Below are positions 1 through 9,386 of a stretch of DNA of 64,000 bases, piece after piece (positions within the stretch are counted from its first letter, which is position 1; each line of letters opens with the position of its first letter). The translations under genes and the position numbers were made by a program. The stretch covers positions 124,001 through 188,000 of the forward strand of contig CDRNVI010000046.1 of NCBI GenBank assembly GCA_977017575.1, given 5' to 3'. The notes below the pieces were generated by a model that saw only the letters and a list, made by a program, of their open reading frames with translations, did no database searches and was not told the origin of the DNA. The stretch is from Paramoeba atlantica (taxonomy: Eukaryota; Protista; Discosea).

Positions 1-480
1 CTCGATGCAAATATTTACTAGGATGAAGCAGGGGAACATCAGGGACATAATCTTTCAACCGGTCATTATCCCCGCGCGACCAAGATATAAATCTCCTCCG
101 ATCGTGACCAAATTCGTCTTGTTCCACTACAGTAAACGGGATGATAAATTGAGCTGTAGGACGACGCTCTAATTCATCAGAAGAAACTTGAGAAATGATA
201 CCGGCCTTCAAAAGAAGCGCAATATCGGACACAGGTAGAGAATTGAGTCCTTTCGGCTCTTTTTCAGCTATTTCAGGAACGTGTAGAAGTTCGTCCATAA
301 CATTTTGAAAGCGCATCTTGGTTGGCAAGTCCATCCATCCTTTCACTACCTTTAGACCCATTAGAGGTGTATTCATTTTCACGTGTAATGGTATCTCAAA
401 ATCTTTTGCCGTGGCCAGCTTAGACGAGCGCCGCGCGCAAGTAATCGAGTGCCGTTTCAAGTACGATACCTCAGAGTAAA
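1..480 (-). CDS. RT portion of ORF3 of Y5 (partial, off window)
   Basis: Minus-strand translation QFIIPFTVVEQDEFGHDRRRFISWSRGDNDRLKDYVPDVPLLHPSKYLHR matches the RT of the intact copy (WVIPFTVVEPADDETERRRFIAW). Confidence 0.85.
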
Positions 481-501
481 CTTGCTCCAACAGTTCAGCT
501 G

Positions 502-1200
502 TCATGCCGGGAGTCTCGCCGATACACGTTGCGTTCCGAGCGCTCTGGCCGTCGTTACTTGGTTTGCATTGTATCTTAACAGACTTTCGACATTTAAATG
601 CTTGGTCATGTTCTGAACTTCTGATATCGTTAGATTCCCTTGAGCCACTTCCTGGAACAGCCACGTGATTGCACCCCTTTTTATTGAATGCGTCCCATAG
701 CCATTTCCCAAGATTTCGCGTATTTTGCTGTCCATTCGAGATACCTCCGTGTAGCACATTCTGCACCTTTGGGGTATTCGTCTCATGTAGTCCGCTAACT
801 CGGCAGTTCCGGGGCCCGTCACAATCGCGTACATATACGGTCGAAAGGGGTTCATTCTCGTTGACTTCGTTGCTCTTCCCCAGTAAATCACCACCTCTTC
901 GGGAGTAACCTTTAATATCTGTTCTGTCGAGAGTTCCGCCGTTTCCGTCCAACGAGCTGCCGTTTTCCAGCACAAAAGAGCCGTCATGCTCTCGGATGTT
1001 GTTAGACTTCTTCTCAACCGTCTTAGAAGGACGGGAGTAATTGCAAGCATTTGTCTCTGTGGTTCTAGTCCGCCTTGCGCTTGCAACGCCTTTCCGTACA
1101 TCTTCAATGGGGTTGCTTCGGCCCCCATGAGCGTAATAAGAGTCTGCAGATTCCTTGCGTAGGCCAGTCGTGTCGACGTCGCCAGTTTCAATGAGTCTAC
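502..1200 (-). pseudogene. Tyrosine recombinase of Y5, C-terminal part (N-terminal part at 3662-4054)
   Basis: Motifs ARWTE, TKSTR, HSIKRGA, TKH, LLRY; rejoins in frame (AVRF|VDSLKLATST) when 1201-3661 is removed. Confidence 0.9.
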
Positions 1201-2177
1201 GAAATCCAGTTCGTGCTTTCACGTACATTAACAAAGAATATGAAAAGATATATTAAGAAGAAATATAACTGGAAATAGAACATAACGAAAATTCATTGAA
1301 ATCGTCATACATGTAGATCAGTTTCTCAAAGAGTACAAGTCTCATCACATCAGCACAGTTTGAAACAATATTCCGGAATTCCATAATCAAAGTAACTTGT
1401 GAACGGGAAGACCCATCCCCTCAGCTCGCAGCCAAATGGCTGGGGGCTGGTGGGTGGGTGCGAAAACGAGTGAAGCTTTACCCAAATAGAATAGTCACTA
1501 ATACAGTCACATAAGAATAAAATCAATTTCACGCGAAAATGCATACAGTTCATACACGTACATAATTATTAACAAACCCTATTCAAATATAATCCCTCCT
1601 GAATTTCAATCCGTAAACTTTTAGAAATCCAGTTCGTGCTTTCACGTACATTAACAAAGAATATGAAAAGATATATTAAGAAGAAATATAACTGGAAATA
1701 GAACATAACGAAAATTCATTGAAATCGTCATACATGTAGATCAGTTTCTCAAAGAGTACAAGTCTCATCACATCAGCACAGTTTGAAACAATATTCCGGA
1801 ATTCCATAATCAAAGTAACTTGTGAACGGGAAGACCCATCCCCTCAGCTCGCAGCCAACCAACCCGAGCACACGTCACGTCGCGTAATTCATACCCGAGC
1901 ACGTGTCAGTAACCCAATTACTCGCTACCGACTGACTCGTCCGCCCCCTTTTTTTTCTGATGATTCTATATAAATAAGTTTTTTTTTTTTTTTTTTTTGA
2001 TGATTCTATGTAAAAAGTTTTTTTTTTTTTTTACATAATACAAAAGAGCACTCGAAGGCTGACCAGTCCTCCATAGTACCACTAAAATTCAATGAAACTA
2101 CTAGAATATGGATCTAAATTATTTATGTGTATAGTGAGTTAGCCAATTTATTTACTAACAAGTATGTGATTTATCAC

Positions 2178-3460
2178 TCAAAATGCCCTACTAATCGGAT
2201 CCGCCGGATTTTGGGAAGATGCGACATAGCTCGCTTTAATGCAAATCCCTTTACGCTTCGCTTCCTCTAGAACTACCAAAAGATTTTTTGCAATATTGTC
2301 TGACTTTGACATTTTCCGGTTGAGTGCTTCTTTGCAAGAAGTATTGTCAACGAAAAGATCAAGACATGTTCCGCGCTTGAGATGCTTACTAAATTCGAGG
2401 ATAGCTAAACGCACTGCAGTCGCCTCCGCATTGTTTACCTCAGAATTGCTCATCATAAAATCTTTGTACAAAATATATAAAGAATTGTCCTAAGTAAATA
2501 ATATTCATCAAGTAAATAAAACTAAATAACTACATGTCTTTCAACTTTTCTATCCTGACTATAATGATAACAAAAAATATATGGACGTCCACAAAACAAT
2601 ATTCAAACTTTCTCTCTCTTGCGAATGGGTAGTTCCCCGGCGGGGACCAACTTTCCTTTTGCGAGTGGAAAAAGATTATAAGTCACTAGAGTAAAATAAT
2701 GTATAGTATAGTATGCTAAAATTATAATTACATGGTTCCCCCCGGAGGGGGCAAAATCAGGTACATATATGTATATGTGCCCCGTAGGGCCACGGTCAAA
2801 GAATAAATATTTTATTCAAGCAATTCTTTCCGTAAACTCTAATATCTTGTACCGGGTTCCCAAGGCTTTCCTGTCACAAGAACTTCCCCTGAATCCAAAT
2901 ACAGTATCCCACCCCATCCTTTGCTTGACGCATCCGTATATAGTCGATGCTTATGTGATACTAAATCCGGGTGAGGGGGTGCCTTAATCGGAGTGTTTCG
3001 CACTACTTCATCTCGCCACTGGGCCAAAATGATCCGTGTCTTGCGTGGGAGATCAACAGGTTTCCTCCCTATCCAAGGACACCGGTTCAGCAAATTGATA
3101 CGTCTTTGTGCGATCTTGATCGCAAAATGAAAGCGTGGGATTATAATTCCCAGAACCGCCGACGAGTACAAAAGGCGCCCCACCGCCGCCTCCAAATCAA
3201 TGAAACTGAGCTCATAAAACTTATCGTTTTTGAGTTTTCGGACAACACGTGGTCCCAGGCTGACCTTGTGTGTCTTATGATTGTAGCACACTCCATTAAA
3301 CACATAACAGATGGCCGGTTCTGACCCTTCCTCCTTAAACTTCCCACCGCTTTTCGCGCATCTTTCATCAACGAAGCGCACATAATTCTGAGCTTCCTCC
3401 TGGGTTCCAGAAAACCGAACCCCGTCAATGTACACGTCCATCGCGGCACTTGAAAAGGAT
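2178..3460 (-). pseudogene. RT C-terminus and RNase H of Y1, split by a 400-bp mini element
   Basis: DVYIDGVRF, LYTDASSKGWGG, PGTRY|EVNNAEA, FVDN, NPADPISR. Confidence 0.9.
2443..2842 (-). mobile_element. 400-bp non-coding YR mini element (family Y2, solo A+B termini)
   Basis: Begins gaattgctcatc and ends caattctttccgtaaactctaa, like the intact element's termini; inserted precisely at the Y/E codon boundary of the Y1 RNase H with 1 shared nt. Confidence 0.85.
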
Positions 3461-3661
3461 GATTCAGCCTTGCAGACACTTGGAAGACCAGCAAGAGCTG
3501 ATTGCGAGTGAAGCTTTACCCAAATAGAATAGTCACTAATACAGTCACATAAGAATAAAATCAATTTCACGCGAAAATGCATACAGTTCATACACGTACA
3601 TAATTATTAACAAACCCTATTCAAATATAATCCCTCCTGAATTTCAATCCGTAAACTTTTA

Positions 3662-4054
3662 GAACCTGACCGCACTGAGCGCGTTTTGAGATAGGTGACG
3701 TTGTGCACAAAAGTCTTGCATCCGGAGCCACAGCCTCTCCCTCGTTCCCCACGTACTTGTTGCCCACATGGGCTCGATTGCTTTCCGAACGATCTGACCG
3801 TGCGGATCCTTTGGGTTGAGTCCGAGTATATCGCATAAAAGGTTTGATCTCGTTTGTTCCCTTGCCAAAGGCGCTGCCGTTCCGAACACGTGTTTTCCCC
3901 TCCGAATTTGAAGTCTCGGTAAATCCGTTCTTTCCACTGCACTTGCACTTTCCATTCGCAAGAATAAAGATGAATTCGGAGAAGAGCCTGGTAAGTTCAC
4001 CCGCCGTATCCTCAACGGTCGGGCACGAGCATTTGTCGGGGTGGGGCACAAATC
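3662..4054 (-). pseudogene. Tyrosine recombinase of Y5, N-terminal part
   Basis: RERLWLRMQDFCAQRHLSQNALSAVRF aligns with RARLWERLTAFCNWKAIEITAIHAVTF of the intact YR. Confidence 0.8.
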
Positions 4055-4930
4055 CTATTGTGTGCGTCTTACGCCCGTCTGGGCGCCGCTCGCCACCCCC
4101 CCACGAAAAACCGGTTGTGGTGCCCCGCTTTGCAAACGAGGACATTGAGCGCGAACGTGACCAGTTTGGCGACAATTGTAGCATACACGCGCTCCTTTCA
4201 CAACCCGTGGTAGGCGATTCACACGCAGCTGTTCCTCTGTCATGATTTGTCCGTAACGATCCTGAGGATCATCATCCTTGTGAAGGCGCTGCTGAACACG
4301 TTCTACAGGAGCTCCCGCTGCTGCCCAATAATGATTTCTAAGCTCTTCGATGAGCATTTCCGCGATACAAATGAATTGCTCATCTTTCCATCCTTCCATC
4401 ACTCTAGCTGCACAAATCCACTTTACCAATATGGCAAACAAGCGCTCACGATGTGCCGGAGGATTGAAGCGAACTCCCAGCTCCGGAGTTTCACGCAGCT
4501 CACGAACAAGCTCTCGCGGCTTAAATTCATCCAGAGAGTCGATCCAAGCCGCCCACGTCAAAGGAACAAATGAAGAAAACTTAGATGGGTCACGAACTTG
4601 CATTCCTTCCAGCGCAGCTAGCTGCTCATCACGCGGCTGTCCACCTGGCATCGCCTTGTAAACTTTAACGATAGAAAGTGCGAAATAGTCAATCAGCGGA
4701 TGGGGGAACTCATACTCATTGTCAGGATCATCCTCCCACAGGGCCCAAATATCAAACTCATCACTGTTTTTCGCCTTCTTACGGTATACTTTACCCACAA
4801 CAGTTTGATTCACATCTTCACCGCGCTCGGCCCATGTTGCCTGTATTTGCACCTTAAATCCCTTCTCCAGCAAAGTCCTAACAAAAACTAGTGGTAACGT
4901 TCGGATGAAAATAGTCTCTAAAATAGTCAA
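4055..4930 (-). CDS. gag: Gag-like protein of Y5 with CCHC zinc knuckle
   Basis: CYNCRQTGHVRAQC; RELVRELRETPELG and EELRNHYW are shared with the other Gags. Confidence 0.85.
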   Translation of the reverse strand: MTILETIFIRTLPLVFVRTLLEKGFKVQIQATWAERGEDVNQTVVGKVYRKKAKNSDEFDIWALWEDDPDNEYEFPHPLIDYFALSIVKVYKAMPGGQPRDEQLAALEGMQVRDPSKFSSFVPLTWAAWIDSLDEFKPRELVRELRETPELGVRFNPPAHRERLFAILVKWICAARVMEGWKDEQFICIAEMLIEELRNHYWAAAGAPVERVQQRLHKDDDPQDRYGQIMTEEQLRVNRLPRVVKGARVCYNCRQTGHVRAQCPRLQSGAPQPVFRGGVASGAQTGVRRTQ

Positions 4931-5065
4931 ATAATTGTGTATATGTCAAATTGTTCATGATTAGAAAAAAACGGTGATATAATTCGAATAATATTCCTAA
5001 GCCCAAAACTACAACAGTATGGAGCATAATGTTTGCCCTCCTGAATTTCAAATCGTAAACTTATA

Positions 5066-5640
5066 GAGTTTTGTGTATTATTAGATCCACTCGGCGAACT
5101 GTCGTTGCACTTGTCCGCTGACCCGCTATCATGTTCACAACGTGTTGGGATATCTCCTCCGTTCCTGGACCCGTGATTGTTGTACACATGGAAAGACGAT
5201 ACGGATTTAGGCGGGTCGTTTTTGTGTTTCTTCCCCAGTAAATTATCACCTCGTTCTTGTCTGCCCTGACGAACCGGTCTTTTGTTAACTCTGCCACTTC
5301 CGTCCACCGCGCCGCGGCTTTCCAACATAGTAAAACTGCGATCGAATCTCGTGCTTAACTTGCCCCGCAATTTCTGTATGTGCCATGGCGTGGCCGGTGT
5401 CATCTGCCTGGTTGGTTCTAACGCGCCTCTTGCCTGGAGAGCCTTTGCGTAGAGTTGTAACGGGCCTGTGGGCTGGTTTGCGAGATTGAATATGGACTGG
5501 AGGCTGAATGAATGACAATAGGTGTTCAAGGAGTTCACCCGCCGCCTTTTCGACGGCTGGGCACGTGTGAAATAGTTTGGTGTCACCCTCCGCTTTCGTA
5601 GCGGTAGGGCACGAGCAAAATAAGGGGTGGGGAGCCTTTC
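5066..5640 (-). pseudogene. YR fragment of family Y8 (frameshifted and deleted; target of the Y5 insertion)
   Basis: LQLYAKALQARGALEPTRQM; EVIIYWGRNTKTTRLNPYR...GPGT. Confidence 0.8.
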
Positions 5641-6670
5641 CTATTGGCTCCGCTTTGCACCGGTGCCGCCCGTCACCCCACCGCGAAAACCCGCGCGAGA
5701 ATTCACTTGCTGATTGAGCGGACAGTTAGTGCGAAAGTGGCCGGGCTTGTGACAACGATAGCATAGTAAAGCGGGGCGGGCCACACCAGGCTTCGTGACA
5801 CTCATCTGACGTAACTTTTCCTCGGCAACCGCCGTAGAGTAGGCATCCTTCGTGTCGTCTTCCTTGTGGATCTTCAGCTGCACCCGCTCCACTTGAATTC
5901 CGGCCGCACTCCAGTAGTGATTTCGGAGCTCCTCTATAGCGGTACGAACGATTTCGATGAAGTGCTCTTCGCGCCACATTGGAAAAACCCGTGCTGCCTG
6001 CACCCATTCCTGAACAATCTTGAACAATCGTTCGCGGATAGGTGGGGGAGTAAGAAGAAGTCCGAATTCTGGGGAGGCTCGCAAATCGCGAATTAAATCC
6101 CGGACGCGCAACTCATCGGACTCCAGCCATGGGCCCCAAGTCAGCGGATCATTTGGAGTAAAGTGCGCAGGATCCGTAATCGGGGCATTCGGGGTCTTGG
6201 GTTCCTCGTCGGCCTTTCGTCCGCCGGGCATTTTCGCTCGGACTCGGATGATCTCCAAGGAGGAATTCGATATCAGGGAAGGGAAAGTCGTAGGCTATAC
6301 CTGGATCATCGGTCCACACTGCTTCCAAAGTACCCGCATCCTCATTCTTCAAACGTACAGTCCCAATAACCGTCTCTCGAACCGCATCACCTTGGTGTCC
6401 CCAAACCGCCTCCACAGAAACCTCGTAGCCTTTAGGAATTAAGGTCCGAACATTTTCCGCGAATTCCGCTTTAGCTTCATGAGACATGGCCGCTGAACCT
6501 GTACCTCCCCGGAGCAAGTCCGCCACCTGCTCGGGGTTTAACGTCGCACGTTCCTGTGCTGTCTGCAAGCTTGGATCAATCGGGTTGGGAGAAGCTGGAT
6601 CATCTCTCACAGGGCTCTGTTGCCTCCCTAAGGACAAAGTGCGGCGCACAGTATTCAATAGGCTAGACAT
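5641..6670 (-). pseudogene. gag: Gag of family Y8, one frameshift near 6260
   Basis: ORFs 6149-6670 and 5641-6258 together align with the other Gags; CYRCHKPGHFRTNC knuckle. Confidence 0.85.
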
Positions 6671-6699
6671 GTGGTTTTAACGCTTATGTAGTTTTAGTT

Positions 6700-7045
6700 T
6701 TGTCTAGGAGGATTGTAGTTTTGTCTAGGAGGGGTTGTCTGGGGGGGAGTCTAGGGGGGTGCCTAGGAGGGGGTGTTTAGGGAGGATGTCTAGGAGGGGT
6801 GTCTAAGAGGGTGTCTAGGGGGGTTGTCCAGGGGGTTGTCTGGGGGGGTTGTCTGGGGGGGTTGTCTAGGGGGGTGTCTAGGAGGGGTTGTCTGGGAGGG
6901 GGTGTTTAGGGAGGATGTCTAGGAGGGGTGTCTAAGAGGGTGTCTAGGGGGGTTGTCCAGGGGGTTGGCTAGGGGGGAGTCTAGCGGGGGGGTCTAGGGG
7001 GGTGTCCAGGAGGGGTGTCTAGGGGGCGTCTAGGGGGGTTGTCCA
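6700..7045 (+). repeat. Degenerate G-rich minisatellite (GTCTAGGRGGGGT-like units)
   Basis: Many 12-14 nt variants, a ~60-bp internal duplication (about 6773 and 6902) and extreme G skew. Confidence 0.85.
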
Positions 7046-7649
7046 ATTCCAGTTTTTTAGCATATTAAATCCCGTTGAAGAAAATGCCGATACAGCCTTT
7101 CTTGAGCATTGACTTCTCCTGAAATTTTGTACTTAAACGACTTTTCCTTTCGTCTGAAGTCAGTATCAGTAATAATCAATTTCTGTCCTCCCATCACCGA
7201 ACAATCTGCAACTTTCAAGTCATCCAGTGCCTTGCCTAGAAGTAGCTTCACCCAGTTAGTTGCATGTGTGTTGTACTCTGAGGGATGAGCGGGTAATGCT
7301 TCTTCGGGGGACACGCGTGCCTTGTGTCGATCAACATTTCGTCGGTCGTTAAAAAAACACGCACCAGAATTTCATTTCGTGTGTATAGCCAAATATAAGT
7401 TATAATATAATATTCTAAAATAATTGAACTGTGATAATGCACCCTACTCTCGTAATACGATATCAGAAACAGTTTTGTATAGGACTACTTTTGTATAAAA
7501 CTTTCCCATTGAAAGAACTACTATCTAGTGTAAAGCTAAATCAATATAAATACGAATGGGCGGTTTGCGCCCGGCCGCAAAAATAATGCAAAGATCGTAT
7601 ATAGAAATACTATTAGAAAACAAATGAGCGCCAAAGAAGTTTTCTGCAC

Positions 7650-7860
7650 TCGGGCGTCACCGCTCCCAATGTTCTGTTCCGTATCTGAGAGATTTGATAA
7701 GAACGTTGAGGCAGTGTTGGAATCGTGGTTGGGCAAGCTTCGGACACAACAAATTGAGCTTGCTAGATTACCCCTTAAGAAAGGTGGTTTGGGGCTCACC
7801 GCGTGCAAACCCACGCGGGAAGCTGCTTACAAATCGTCTCGATATGCGGTCTTTGGGCGC
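7650..7860 (+). pseudogene. CRE-A fragment (post-RT region)
   Basis: FDKNVEAVLESWLG...ARLPLKKGGLGLT...AAYKSSR matches FDKEVQEVLTTWFG...ARLPVKSGGLGLT. Confidence 0.8.
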
Positions 7861-8223
7861 CAAAAGCCTTCTACAGCTCAAAGTGGCATATCAGGGCAAA
7901 TGCAAGCATGTTGAAAAAATGATCTTGTACCCACCTTCTTTGAAGGCGCGCGGAGGATTGGTTGCCCCTCTCGTAGGGACCGCTGGTCAGTGTGTGGCCT
8001 AGCCACGCTGCGTCTCCGACTCCCGTCCACTGTGAAGTGCCAGCCGTGGCTTGCTACGGCTGGCTCGCCCGCCGGTCCGCAAGGACCGGTCGTACGCATC
8101 GGAGTACCATCCGAGCCGTCGGGCCCCCTCGCGTGGACGGTAGAGGGCCCATAGCCTGTTAAGGCCAAAAGGGTGCAAGAATCATCATCATCATCTAGTG
8201 TAAAGCTAAATCAATATAAATAC

Positions 8224-8762
8224 GAATTGTTCATCATAAATATTGTGACTAAGAAAGAAATGAACTAAATCCAAGAAGTATATTAATTCCCCCCTGCACT
8301 CTAACAAAAGATAAAACTCAAGCCTATATATAGTTCGTCAAATTCATCATCATATAGTTAGTCAAATATGCATAAGGTATGACCGGTCATTAAACAAACG
8401 ACACTATTCCACAAATCTCCTTCCCTCTCCAAGCTAGCGAACGGGTCTCGCGGGGAGTGGTTAGGGGGTCGGTGGGTAGGAAAACGTTTTCTGTCGCGAA
8501 TTATCAAAAGAAGCTAAAAATGTCAAAACGTATGATTACCACAATAAACGTCATAACGTATTTACACAAGGGGGGTACATGGGGAGTGTAGAAAACGAAT
8601 GTCAATATTATATTCGACCAATTCTCTCCGTAAACTATAAGAATTGTTCATCATAAATATTGTGACTAAGAAAGAAATGAACTAAATCCAAGAAGTATAT
8701 TAATTCCCCTCTGCACTCTAACAAAAGATAAAACTCAAGCCTATATATAGTTCGTCAAATTC
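8224..8762 (-). mobile_element. YR terminal remnant (family Y4): B2-linker-A2-partial B1
   Basis: gaattgttcatc repeat at 8224 and 8641; junction caattctctccgtaaactataa|gaattg; G-rich linker. Confidence 0.85.
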
Positions 8763-8859
8763 TTGACAACGTATATCTCGTTCTTGACAACGTATATCTC
8801 GACTCTCCCTATCTATCTATCTATCTATATATATATATATATAGATATATCTCGTTCGT

Positions 8860-9340
8860 ATATCTCGTTCTTGACAACGTATATCTCGACTCTCCCTTAA
8901 AAGCAGACGAAAAGGTTAAACAACTTCAGGAATTGCATCCGTCAGGAGATCCCCCTCCCGGCCCCACTCTCGACTACCCACGAATTGGTGTCATCGAGGC
9001 AAATGAAGTCCGCGTAGCTGTAAAGAAACTGGCACATGGAGCAGCTCCTGGCCCAACAGGTTTAAGTGAAAATATTCTCCGGCTACTTACCGACGATTTC
9101 GAGTCTTGCACTGCACTCTGCCATATGCTCCGAGATGTCATAAATGGGGAAATAAGCTCATCAATCCGCAATAGACTAACGCGATGCAGAATTATTGCAC
9201 TCCCAAAGCCTCAAAGTGGAATCAGACCGATCGCAATGGGTGACACGCTACTAAAAGTTTGTGGTTCCATTCTACTTCAGCGTCACGAAGATGCCTTGAA
9301 AGGGTTCTTCTCCCCCTACCAACGAGGTATCCTACAGAAA
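8860..9340 (+). pseudogene. CRE-B RT N-terminal fragment
   Basis: LHPSG...GAAPGPTG...IIALPKPQSGIRPIAMGD...QRGILQK. Confidence 0.85.
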
Positions 9341-9386
9341 AAGTGTAGGAATCAATTGTTGAATTTTTATTATTAAATTTTATTAA

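Larger units (their letters stand above)
1201..3661 (-). mobile_element. Internally deleted YR retrotransposon (family Y1) inserted in the Y5 recombinase gene
   Basis: B repeats 1201-1435 and 1624-1858 (235 bp); A repeats 1467-1623 and 3505-3661 (157 bp); GAA at both junctions; only the RT C-terminus and RNase H remain. Confidence 0.92.
1..5065 (-). mobile_element. YR retrotransposon (family Y5), runs off the left edge; interrupted by nested element 1201-3661
   Basis: 5' terminal motif ...aatcgtaaacttata| at 5051-5065, gag 4930-4055, split YR and an RT segment at the left edge, all on the minus strand. Confidence 0.9.

Noticed and set aside
2700-2800. Hammerhead ribozyme in the A repeat (CUGAUU...GAA)
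   Set aside because: The core lacks CUGANGA and GAAA; kept only as an unexplained structure.
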